Positions 17,335-25,451 of a stretch of DNA of 42,663 bases are shown here, in pieces. Where the stretch lies: contig MHWS01000005.1 in assembly GCA_001824215.1 (NCBI GenBank), positions 1,219-43,881 of the forward strand, in the 5' to 3' direction. Under the pieces are notes generated by a model. The model was not told where the DNA came from and ran no database searches. It worked only from the letters and a program-made list of their open reading frames with translations. Made by a program: the position numbers and the translations under genes. Each line of letters opens with the position of its first letter. Within the stretch, counting starts at the first letter, position 1. This stretch comes from Candidatus Zambryskibacteria bacterium RIFCSPLOWO2_12_FULL_39_16 (GTDB taxonomy: Bacteria; Patescibacteriota; Minisyncoccia; Phycocordibacterales; WO2-35-19).

Positions 17335-17934
17335 CTAGACCCCGCCCATAAATAAAGCGTTTGTAACTTGCAATCGATATGAAGCTGGTTGATAATATGT
17401 GGCGGGTTGAAAGACAACTGTTCCGTACAAAACTAGATATTCATTCAGGTAACTATTCATGGTCACAGGAAGGTTCGGTGATCCATTTGGTGTAGTAGAA
17501 ATCTCAAGCGGTACCCATGCATTAACAGCAAATTCATCAGTGTCGTCAGTTATGAAAAAAGCTGGATTAAGAAAATAATTTCCCTTATTGATGAGTTTGC
17601 CTGATACCTGAACTTTTTTGGAAACATAGGCAGATGGGTTTGCGACGAGATCATGAACCGTAACGGGCAATGTAACTGCGGTGGAATTAGTTGATATTGG
17701 TATACCTGTTGAAGTAGCGCCAGATACCGGAGGGTTTGTGGATAAAGAATTTTGAGTAGAAGTCATAGAATTCTGGGTATTTGTGCCGAGCACTTGTGTC
17801 GCCAGTGAAATAGCTTGTGTAGCTATCGAAATAGCTTGCTGCCGCATTGTGTCACTAATAGTGGCAGTGTTTGCCTGAACAGACATAAGCAAAGCGAGCG
17901 CTAGTTGCAGAACCGAGCTTGCGAATGAAATCAT
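17335..17934 (-). CDS. hypothetical secreted protein
   Basis: Signal-like N-terminus ending SVQANTA, tandem heptads QAISIAT/QAISLAT, Ser/Thr-rich linker, ~110-aa beta-rich C-terminal domain. Confidence 0.45.
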   Translation of the reverse strand: MISFASSVLQLALALLMSVQANTATISDTMRQQAISIATQAISLATQVLGTNTQNSMTSTQNSLSTNPPVSGATSTGIPISTNSTAVTLPVTVHDLVANPSAYVSKKVQVSGKLINKGNYFLNPAFFITDDTDEFAVNAWVPLEISTTPNGSPNLPVTMNSYLNEYLVLYGTVVFQPATYYQPASYRLQVTNALFMGGV

Positions 17935-18004
17935 AATAATTTGTATTAAATTTTATTAATTAATAACCAATAACAGTTATTAATTATATAGCAAAAAAAG
18001 CAAA

Positions 18005-18475
18005 CTACCAAGCGAAGTGAGCAAAGGCTTTGTTGGCTTCGGCCATTTTGTGGACGTTTTCGCGTTTCTTGATAGCCTCCCCTTCATTTTTGCTGGCAAG
18101 GATAATTTCTTCTGAAAGTTTTTCGGCCATCGGTTTACCCTTTTTTGCCTTGGCGGCTTCAATTATCCATTTCATTGAAAGATAGGTCCTTCTTTCCGGT
18201 CTAACTTCTCTTGGAACCTGATAGTTTGCTCCACCAACCCTGCGAGAACGAACTTCCATAGTCGGTCCGGTATTTTTAAGAGCAGCGTCAAATATTTCCA
18301 TTGGACTTTCTACTTTGGTCTTTTCTTTTATCAAATCAAAGGCGGTATAAACTATCTTTCTGGCTGTGTTTTTCTTACCCCTCTGCATCACATAATTTAT
18401 AAACTTCTCTACTTTTTGAGAATTAAAAATTATATCTGGCTTTGGTATATTTCTGTTTTTGACAGCTCCTCTCAT
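18005..18475 (-). CDS. rpsG: 30S ribosomal protein S7
   Basis: KFINYVMQRGKK, MEVRSRRVGGANYQVP, and the KMAEANKAFAHFAW C-terminus. Confidence 0.96.
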   Translation of the reverse strand: MRGAVKNRNIPKPDIIFNSQKVEKFINYVMQRGKKNTARKIVYTAFDLIKEKTKVESPMEIFDAALKNTGPTMEVRSRRVGGANYQVPREVRPERRTYLSMKWIIEAAKAKKGKPMAEKLSEEIILASKNEGEAIKKRENVHKMAEANKAFAHFAW

Positions 18476-18478
18476 ATT

Positions 18479-18895
18479 TTATTTCGCACTCTTAGGTTTT
18501 TTAACACCATAACTTGATCTAGAAGTCATTCTCTTGTCTACTCCTCCGGCATCAAGTCTGCCTCTGACTATGGTGTATCGCACCCCGATATCTTTTACCC
18601 TGCCACCGCGAAGCATCACTACGGAATGTTCCTGCAAATTGTGTCCAATACCAGGGATGTAAGCTGTCACCTCCATACCGTTAGTCAAACGAACTCTAGC
18701 GATTTTTCTGATAGCTGAGTTTGGTTTTCTTGGGGTTTTGGTAGTTACTTTGGTGCAAACACCACGTTTAAAGGGAGAAGGGTAATAAACCGGTCTGTTT
18801 TTAATAGTATTAAAGCCACGCGCCAAAGCCACCGCTTTTGATTTAGAGCGCAAAATTTTTCTTTTTTTCCTTTTTAACTGATTGATTGTCGGCAT
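18479..18895 (-). CDS. rpsL: 30S ribosomal protein S12
   Basis: MPTINQL..., [20 protein letters not shown], and [18 protein letters not shown]. Confidence 0.96.
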   Translation of the reverse strand: MPTINQLKRKKRKILRSKSKAVALARGFNTIKNRPVYYPSPFKRGVCTKVTTKTPRKPNSAIRKIARVRLTNGMEVTAYIPGIGHNLQEHSVVMLRGGRVKDIGVRYTIVRGRLDAGGVDKRMTSRSSYGVKKPKSAK

Positions 18896-18927
18896 AGAAT
18901 AAAATCAGCCAATTTGGCTGAAGTACT

Positions 18928-18956
18928 AATATAATATATCACACACAAAAATGCAA
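18928..18956 (-). promoter_or_regulatory. candidate promoter of rpsL-rpsG
   Basis: Minus strand reads TTGCAT (18956..18951), 17 nt, TATATT (18933..18928). A 7-bp hairpin TCAGCCA/TGGCTGA lies in the short leader. Confidence 0.3.
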
Positions 18957-18978
18957 ACGGGTTTCTCTACTCTACAAA

Positions 18979-19365
18979 TTAATTATTCCTAAGCATCGTC
19001 TTCACTTTTTCAACCACATCATCCATACTCTCATTTGTTTTTATAAGGTATGCCAAACTATTATCTTCAACTGCTCGCGCAATGGCCTCGGTATTTTCAA
19101 TTACAGTAAGCATTATGACTTTTGCTCCTTTGCCCCATTCATCTTCTCTTAATTTCTTAAGCATTTCCCATCCGTTTAATATAGGCATTATAATATCAAG
19201 TAATATGACATCAGGATGTGTTTTAAGAGCTTTTTCCAATCCTTCTTCGCCATTAGACGCGCCGATCGCATAAAAGCCGGACATATTCAACTTATCGATC
19301 AACACAGTTCTCAAATTATCATCATCATCAACTACAAGAACATTTTTTTTATCTGTTTTTTCCAT
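18979..19365 (-). CDS. single-domain response regulator (CheY-like receiver)
   Basis: VLVVDDDD, phospho-acceptor context DVILLDIIMP, conserved K in VIMLT...; no output domain. Confidence 0.85.
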   Translation of the reverse strand: MEKTDKKNVLVVDDDDNLRTVLIDKLNMSGFYAIGASNGEEGLEKALKTHPDVILLDIIMPILNGWEMLKKLREDEWGKGAKVIMLTVIENTEAIARAVEDNSLAYLIKTNESMDDVVEKVKTMLRNN

Positions 19366-19381
19366 ATGTATAGTTTAGTCT

Positions 19382-20707
19382 CTAAAGTTTAATTGTAAAG
19401 GTGCTACCTTTATTTTCTTCAGATATAAAAGAGATACTGCCACCCATTGTCTCCACGATTGATTTTACCAGATAAAGACCTAAACCGGTACCTTGAATAC
19501 CTTTCAAATCGTGTACATTTCTCGCTCGAAACATCTTAGTGAATATTTTATCTTGCTCGCTTTTTGGGATACCAATCCCTGTGTCAGAAACAATGATAGA
19601 TTTGCCCGTGAAAGAATCTTTAAAACTTATCGTGACAACGCCATCCGTTGGTGTATATTTTACCGCATTGGACACAAGGTTTTGTATTACTATGCGCAAT
19701 AGTTTTGGATCACTCCGTATATTTTTCAAATTATCGTTGTATTGCTTGTTGATACTTAACTTTTTTTCTTCAATTTGAGATGAAAGTTCAACCAATACGC
19801 TTTCGGTAATCTCAATGACGTTGGTTGATTTTGATTCGACTTTGATAGAACCAATTTCAACTCTTGAGACATTTAAGAGAGCATCTATAAGGTCGATCAT
19901 TTCTTCGTTTACTTTGAATACTATATTTAGATAATCTTTCTGTTTTATGGAAAGTTCTCCCAGATTACCAGATAGCAACATGTCTATATACCATTTGACA
20001 GTAGAGACCGGTGTCTTTAGTTGATGTGAAGCGAGGGATACGAATTCTGTTTTGGCTTGGTCTAACTGTTTTTGTTCGGTTATATCAAAAATAGTAGCCA
20101 ATCCTGTGCGTCCAGAACCCCCAAACGCCTCCATTTCAAAAACAGACAAGAGTACCCACTTTACGGAACCATCTTTGATAATCATTCGCATTTCTTCCCT
20201 ATTAATAGGCACTTTTGATTTGTAATACTGAAAAAATCTTTCTGTTTTATCCAAATCTTCTTTGGACCCATAAGAGAACAAATTTTTACCTTCAATTTCT
20301 TTCAAAACTCCTCCAAAGAAACGCAAAGCCGCCTTGTTTGGGTTACATATTTCTCCTTTATCATTTAAGGTGACATATGGTACAGGGGCTCCATCATAGA
20401 TTTTTACAAATTGCTCCCGTGACGCATCAAGAGATTCGGTAGCTTTTAGGATCATAAGTTCCGCCCGGGTGCGCAATGTCAATAACAAATAAATAATAAA
20501 CGATATAAGAACGCAAATTACAATAAGTGAGGTATAGACAACAAAAAATTGAATCTCCTCGAGTGATAATCCGGTACTAAAATATCTGTAGGGATTTATC
20601 AAAACGTCTTTAATCAGAGAGAACGAAACAAGAACAATACCAAGGAGAACAATAAGTATGGTTGATGAGATGGTTATATGTTCAGTCAAAATAAGACTTT
20701 TTCGCAT
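19382..20707 (-). CDS. PAS-domain sensor histidine kinase
   Basis: Two TM helices, PAS-like segment, H box FVSLASHQLKTP, N box and G boxes DTGIGI and GTGLGLYL. Confidence 0.88.
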   Translation of the reverse strand: MRKSLILTEHITISSTILIVLLGIVLVSFSLIKDVLINPYRYFSTGLSLEEIQFFVVYTSLIVICVLISFIIYLLLTLRTRAELMILKATESLDASREQFVKIYDGAPVPYVTLNDKGEICNPNKAALRFFGGVLKEIEGKNLFSYGSKEDLDKTERFFQYYKSKVPINREEMRMIIKDGSVKWVLLSVFEMEAFGGSGRTGLATIFDITEQKQLDQAKTEFVSLASHQLKTPVSTVKWYIDMLLSGNLGELSIKQKDYLNIVFKVNEEMIDLIDALLNVSRVEIGSIKVESKSTNVIEITESVLVELSSQIEEKKLSINKQYNDNLKNIRSDPKLLRIVIQNLVSNAVKYTPTDGVVTISFKDSFTGKSIIVSDTGIGIPKSEQDKIFTKMFRARNVHDLKGIQGTGLGLYLVKSIVETMGGSISFISEENKGSTFTIKL

Positions 20708-20715
20708 AATGTACT

Positions 20716-21327
20716 CTAAAACACCGATTGATTAACCAAAAAAGTAAATACCCAATATATTATTGGTGTTAAAAAATGCCAGAAAAAAAATATGAATATT
20801 AAAATAAAAATGAATCCGGATATTTCAAAAGATTGCCGCAAATTTTGCCATTTGTAAGGTAAAATAGCGAAAAGTATCTTAGAGCCATCAAGAGGTGGGA
20901 TGGGCACTAGATTGAATACAGCCAAAGTAATATTTATAAAAACAACATATTCAGCAAGACTTAAAAAAGTCTGACTCATTAACGTTTGTCCGGTAAATCT
21001 TATAACAAGCCCAAAAATAATAGCCAAAGCAATGTTTGAAAGAGGTCCGGCTATGGCGACCAAAGCTTCTCCCCATTTTTGATTTCTTAAATTGTAAGGA
21101 TTAAAAGGCACTGGCTTAGCCCAGCCAATAATAAAACCTCCAACAAAATATCCTAAAAGCGGCACTAAAAACGAGCCGATGGGGTCAAGATGAGAAATAG
21201 GATTGAGGGTCAAGCGGCCTTGATATTTGGCAGTCGGGTCGCCTAAAGCCAAGGCAGCATAGCCATGTGAGACCTCATGAATAACCACTGACATTACCAG
21301 AATCGCGATTACAAAGATAAATTCCAT
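20716..21327 (-). CDS. site-2 protease family (M50) membrane metalloprotease
   Basis: HEVSHG motif in a TM helix; polytopic; NLVPIPPLDGSKI. Start moved to the second ATG at 21327 because TGTTAAAAT lies 6 nt upstream. The track start is 21333. Confidence 0.8.
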   Translation of the reverse strand: MEFIFVIAILVMSVVIHEVSHGYAALALGDPTAKYQGRLTLNPISHLDPIGSFLVPLLGYFVGGFIIGWAKPVPFNPYNLRNQKWGEALVAIAGPLSNIALAIIFGLVIRFTGQTLMSQTFLSLAEYVVFINITLAVFNLVPIPPLDGSKILFAILPYKWQNLRQSFEISGFIFILIFIFFFWHFLTPIIYWVFTFLVNQSVF

Positions 21328-21333
21328 GGCCAT

Positions 21334-21342
21334 ATTTTAACA
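21334..21342 (-). promoter_or_regulatory. extended -10 element upstream of the M50 protease gene
   Basis: Minus strand reads TGtTAAAAT, then 6 nt (atggcc), then ATG at 21327. Confidence 0.45.
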
Positions 21343-21383
21343 TATTTGATTAATAATTTTAATATGATAGTATTGTAGCCGCT

Positions 21384-21626
21384 ATGGCAAAAATTTGTGC
21401 AATAACAGGAAAATCATCCCAAATGGGCGGCTCTTATTCAAACAGGACTAGAGCTACTCAATTCAATCCTTGCGGCAACTCAAGGAAGTTTGCTAATTTG
21501 CAGAAAAAGAAAATTTTTGTGGCGGAACTCAACAAATCTTTCAATTTGGTTATTTCCACTACAGCCATCAAAACTATCCAAAAAAATGGCGCTTACGCTA
21601 CTCTAAAGAAAGCCGGTATAATATAA
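21384..21626 (+). CDS. rpmB: 50S ribosomal protein L28
   Basis: MAKICAITGKSSQMGGSYSNRTRATQ... is a typical L28 N-terminus. TGaTAGTAT lies 10 nt upstream of the ATG. Confidence 0.88.
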   Translation: MAKICAITGKSSQMGGSYSNRTRATQFNPCGNSRKFANLQKKKIFVAELNKSFNLVISTTAIKTIQKNGAYATLKKAGII

Positions 21627-21652
21627 AAAAGTAAAATTTTGTGTTTCTGTTT

Positions 21653-22507
21653 TTATTTTAATTTCAAATTAGTACCATCGCTTTTGAAGACGATGATACC
21701 AAGTTCGTCGGTTCGCAATATTTTGATGCCAAAATTGTTTAAAATATCCAACACTTCTTGGTGTGGGTGAGTATATCTATTGTTTTTACCTGCTGAAATA
21801 ACGGTATGTTGCGGAGCAACTGCCCTAACAAATTCATCACTGCTTGAAGTTTTTGATCCATGATGGCCAGCTTTTAGGACATCGCTTTGTAATCCACCCA
21901 AAGAAACAAGATAATCTTCAATAGCAATCGGTGAATCGCCTGTAAGCATAAATTCATTTTCTCCATAAACAAGTTTCGCCACAATAGATGACATATTGGT
22001 ATTCGTGCCAGGCGAGTCTATGACTGGAAAAAGAATTTGTAAGATAGCTCCATCTCCTAAATCAACTACCATTCCCCTTCTTGCCAATATTTTTTTAATG
22101 TTTGATTTATTGTTGCCAACCATTTTTTCAAGTTCTTCATATGAAGAAGAGGGACCGGATAACCCCGGCTCCATAAAAATGTTTACTTTATAATTTTTTA
22201 AAACATTAGGTAAACCGCCAACATGGTCCTGATCGGCATGAGTAGCAATAACAACATCAATTGATCTATCATAAAAAGGCATAACTTTTGATAATTCCCG
22301 GAGCACCGATTTGCCGGGACCTCCATCAATGAGCATTTGATTACCACTTGGGGCATCAATAAATATAGCGTCTCCTTGGCCGATATCGAGAAATGCGACA
22401 GTCAAGATACCACCTCTATCCTCCCTGGAAGCTGCATAAACAGAAAAAGCAGCTCCAAGTAATAGAATGACCAATATGACCAGTCTTAATCTAAGGGTTT
22501 TCATCAT
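21653..22507 (-). CDS. secreted or membrane-anchored MBL-fold hydrolase, resembling the ComEC C-terminal nuclease domain
   Basis: Signal/anchor LVILVILLLGAAF, then GQGDAIFI, the HADQDHVGG metal motif, and LKAGHHGS. Confidence 0.8.
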   Translation of the reverse strand: MMKTLRLRLVILVILLLGAAFSVYAASREDRGGILTVAFLDIGQGDAIFIDAPSGNQMLIDGGPGKSVLRELSKVMPFYDRSIDVVIATHADQDHVGGLPNVLKNYKVNIFMEPGLSGPSSSYEELEKMVGNNKSNIKKILARRGMVVDLGDGAILQILFPVIDSPGTNTNMSSIVAKLVYGENEFMLTGDSPIAIEDYLVSLGGLQSDVLKAGHHGSKTSSSDEFVRAVAPQHTVISAGKNNRYTHPHQEVLDILNNFGIKILRTDELGIIVFKSDGTNLKLK

Positions 22508-22553
22508 TTAAATGATATAATAAGAATACAATATTATAAATAAATCGAAATAA

Positions 22554-22598
22554 GGTCGCACTCTAATCGACGTATCGTGCGACATGATTTCGCTAAAT
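22554..22598 (+). repeat. hairpin + 12-mer motif, copy R3 (sense strand is +, upstream of the SOD gene)
   Basis: GGTCGCAC-tctaatcgacgtatc-GTGCGAC-atg-ATTTCGCTAAAT, then 3 nt, then ATG at 22602. Confidence 0.75.
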
Positions 22599-22601
22599 CA
22601 A

Positions 22602-23198
22602 ATGCAAAAGTTTGAAGAGAAAAAGTTCAACATTCCAAAATTAAAAGGTATTTCGGAGAAAACTATTGAAGAACATCTGAAACTTTATGTCGGGTATGTA
22701 AAAAACTCGAATCTTATTTTGGAGCACATTGAGGAACTTGTAAAAGATGCGGATAAATACGCTTACGAATTGGGTGAAATACAGAGAAGATTTTCTTTTG
22801 AATACAACGGTATGAGAAATCATGAAGTTTATTTTGATTCGTTTTCAAATGAAGCAAAAAATCTCAATGACGAAAGTGAGCTTAAAAAACAAATTAAGTC
22901 TGATCTTGGATCTTTTGAATTATGGTTAAACAGATTTAAAGCGATTGCCCTCACCCGCGGGGTTGGTTGGGCAATGCTTTGGTATGACAGAGGAGACAAA
23001 AGACTTCTTGCTTCTTGGGTTGATGAACAACATCTAGGACAGCTTTCGGGCTGTACGCCAATTCTTGCTCTTGATATGTGGGAACATTCTTATGTTGCTG
23101 ACTACCAGCCAAGCGGCAAGAAAAATTATATTGAAGATTTTTTTGCAAACCTAAATTGGGAAAATGTTGAGAATAATTTCTCAAAAGCACTCAAATAA
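22602..23198 (+). CDS. Fe/Mn-family superoxide dismutase
   Basis: EEHLKLYVGYV, NGMRNHEVYF, LALDMWEHSY (Asp/His ligands). Start set at MQKFEEKKF. The track start at 22584 lies inside repeat R3. Confidence 0.8.
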   Translation: MQKFEEKKFNIPKLKGISEKTIEEHLKLYVGYVKNSNLILEHIEELVKDADKYAYELGEIQRRFSFEYNGMRNHEVYFDSFSNEAKNLNDESELKKQIKSDLGSFELWLNRFKAIALTRGVGWAMLWYDRGDKRLLASWVDEQHLGQLSGCTPILALDMWEHSYVADYQPSGKKNYIEDFFANLNWENVENNFSKALK

Positions 23199-23258
23199 TC
23201 TTGAGACGAGACTTGCGCAGGCTGACTGAGCCGAGCACAGCAAAAATTCACCAGAATT

Positions 23259-24749
23259 TTATGCGTGTCGAGACGAAAGTTTATTTGAGTGCTTTAGTTT
23301 TTTGTTTATTTTATAAAACAAAATAGCGTAACCCAAGTACCAAATAAAAACCACCCAAAGAGGCAATGCGCCGATTGAAATAGTGGCGAAAGGTACCCGA
23401 GCTCCAAATTCGGTAATGCTGATTATTATCTGGGTAAGAAGATATGAGAGAGCGCCAAACGGCCAAGATGAAATTTGAGAAAAAATTCCTAAAGCGCCGG
23501 TTGTCGCTCCGAGAGCCATTGCCCACGGCACCAAAGGTAAAACAATTGGATTGATAATAAAAGAAATTAAAGAAACAAAACCAGACATTCTAATAAGTAT
23601 TGGCAAGACAAAAAACTGAACAGCTAAAGTAGACGAGACAATCTCCCGCAATCCAAATTTTGTCGTAATAAATTTTTGAAATTTATGCTCGGAGATGAAA
23701 GATAAAATCAAAGGAGAGAATAATATAAGCCCCAAAGTTGCCATAAAAGAAAGCTGGAAAGACGGGTCATAAAAAAGAATCAGCGGATTCCAAATAAGCA
23801 TGAAAAATCCTGCAATAAAGAGCCAGCGCAAAGCATCTGCCGGTCTGCCTAAAAATCTGGCAAGGATGGCGATAAGGGCCATGATACAAGCTCTGATAAC
23901 TGTGGCCCCAAGACCGACCATCACAGCAAATAAAATAATTGAAACAGCGCTTATTGCAAAACCAATATTTCTTTTGCCGAGAAAGGACGCCAGATAAAAA
24001 ATACCAATAGCGATAATAGTAATATTGTATCCGGAAAGAACGACAATATGAATCAGGCCCGCTTTTTTGAAATCATCCAATAATTCTTGCCCTAAAGATT
24101 GTTTGACCCCAAAAATAACTCCACCAAGAAGCGAAGAATTCGGCTCCGGTACAACGGCAGATATTTTTTCAATAAAAATATTTTTTATTGAATATAAAAA
24201 AGAAATTGTTTTATTACCTTCTCCACTTCCTATTTTTTCAATTTGTGGATAATAGATTAAAAAATGGATTTTATCTTTTGAAAGATAGGAAATATAATCA
24301 AATTCAACACCGTTATCACTCTCAAAATTTTTTGGTAAGTCCAATTTGCCAGAAACCTTCACTTTGTCTCCATATTGAAATTCGGGGAAGCGGTTTGCTA
24401 TTAATAATACAAGACTTTTAGAAGATATTGGTCTTACCGTGTAACGCGCGGAAGTATCTCTGACATCAGGCTCTTCAAGGATGGCCACTTCAAAAGAAAT
24501 TTTTTGGCCAATGGATTGAGAGAGACTTTGATCGGGAGAAACATCCAAGAAAGCCATTCTTAAAACTCCAAGACAAAGAGCAATGCCGACTATAAAAAAT
24601 ATTTTGGCTAATTTGGAGTTATCTCTCCAAATTACTAAAGTTAAAACTGAAGATAAAATTAAAACAAAAAAACCAATGCTCCATCCAAAATGAAAAATTT
24701 CTTCAAATACAATCCCTATGGTAAATGAAACAACAAATGGATAGATCAT
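23259..24749 (-). CDS. comEC: ComEC/Rec2 competence channel (DUF4131 + Competence domains, no MBL domain)
   Basis: Polytopic membrane protein with an OB-like insert (ARYTV...KVKVSGKL). Core motifs GLIHIVVLSGYNITI and ATVIRACIMA. Confidence 0.85.
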   Translation of the reverse strand: MIYPFVVSFTIGIVFEEIFHFGWSIGFFVLILSSVLTLVIWRDNSKLAKIFFIVGIALCLGVLRMAFLDVSPDQSLSQSIGQKISFEVAILEEPDVRDTSARYTVRPISSKSLVLLIANRFPEFQYGDKVKVSGKLDLPKNFESDNGVEFDYISYLSKDKIHFLIYYPQIEKIGSGEGNKTISFLYSIKNIFIEKISAVVPEPNSSLLGGVIFGVKQSLGQELLDDFKKAGLIHIVVLSGYNITIIAIGIFYLASFLGKRNIGFAISAVSIILFAVMVGLGATVIRACIMALIAILARFLGRPADALRWLFIAGFFMLIWNPLILFYDPSFQLSFMATLGLILFSPLILSFISEHKFQKFITTKFGLREIVSSTLAVQFFVLPILIRMSGFVSLISFIINPIVLPLVPWAMALGATTGALGIFSQISSWPFGALSYLLTQIIISITEFGARVPFATISIGALPLWVVFIWYLGYAILFYKINKKLKHSNKLSSRHA

Positions 24750-24750
24750 A

Positions 24751-24788
24751 ACCTCACCCCTTACCCCTCTCCTGGATGCAGGAGAGGG
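24751..24788 (-). repeat. GC-rich hairpin + GGTGAGGT-tail element, copy A
   Basis: Minus strand reads CCCTCTCCTG-catc-CAGGAGAGGG-GTAAGGGGTGAGGT, then T, then the comEC ATG. Confidence 0.8.
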
Positions 24789-24833
24789 AAAACATATCTC
24801 ATAATATCTATAACCTCCAGATTTCTTCCTCCT

Positions 24834-24872
24834 CCCTTCCCCTGCGCCTAGGGGAAGGGCTGGGGATGAGGT
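24834..24872 (+). repeat. GC-rich hairpin + GATGAGGT-tail element, copy B
   Basis: CCCTTCCCCT-gcgcct-AGGGGAAGGG-CTGGGGATGAGGT. Inverted relative to copy A and abutting the rnhA stop codon. Confidence 0.8.
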
Positions 24873-24874
24873 TT

Positions 24875-25354
24875 TTAATGAAACAAATCATATCCTGATT
24901 TTGAACCATTGTAGAATACCACTTTTTCGTTATCAGCAAAATCAGTCGCTATCTCATCACATCTTTCATTAAACTCATGGCCGGAATGGCCCAAAACTTT
25001 TTTCCATTCGACTTTCTTTTTTTGAACTTCTTTCAAAAGCTCTTGCCACAAATCTTTATTTAAAACTCCTTTCTTGTTTTTGGTTCTCCAATTATTTTTT
25101 TGCCAATTTTTTATCCAAATAGTTATACCTTTCATCAAATATTCTGAATCTGTTTGCATCTCTATTTTTGAGTTTTCTGGAATGCTTTGAAGCGCTTTGA
25201 TCGCCGCTATCATCTCCATTCTGTTGTTTGTGGTTTGCTCTTCCCTGCCCCCAATTTCTTTTACACGCTCTCCATCGAAAATAATCACTCCCCATCCTCC
25301 CGGCCCAGGATTGCCTTTTGACGACCCATCTATATAAACAATTATTTTATTCAT
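24875..25354 (-). CDS. rnhA: ribonuclease HI
   Basis: IYIDGSSKGNPGPGGWG, TNNRMEMIAAIKAL, TDSEYL, GHSGHEFNERCDEIA. Confidence 0.92.
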   Translation of the reverse strand: MNKIIVYIDGSSKGNPGPGGWGVIIFDGERVKEIGGREEQTTNNRMEMIAAIKALQSIPENSKIEMQTDSEYLMKGITIWIKNWQKNNWRTKNKKGVLNKDLWQELLKEVQKKKVEWKKVLGHSGHEFNERCDEIATDFADNEKVVFYNGSKSGYDLFH

Positions 25355-25450
25355 CCCGTTAGAATTTTTGTTTACTTAAATTACGTAATAATACGATTAT
25401 ATGCATAATAACATTTTTACTCCATTTGATGCATGTAAAACTCTAACGGG
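25355..25450. repeat. 14-nt inverted repeat bracketing the whole rnhA-recJ spacer
   Basis: CCCGTTAGAATTTT (25355-25368) versus AAAACTCTAACGGG (25437-25450): 13 of 14 positions complementary. Confidence 0.7.
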
Positions 25451-25451
25451 A

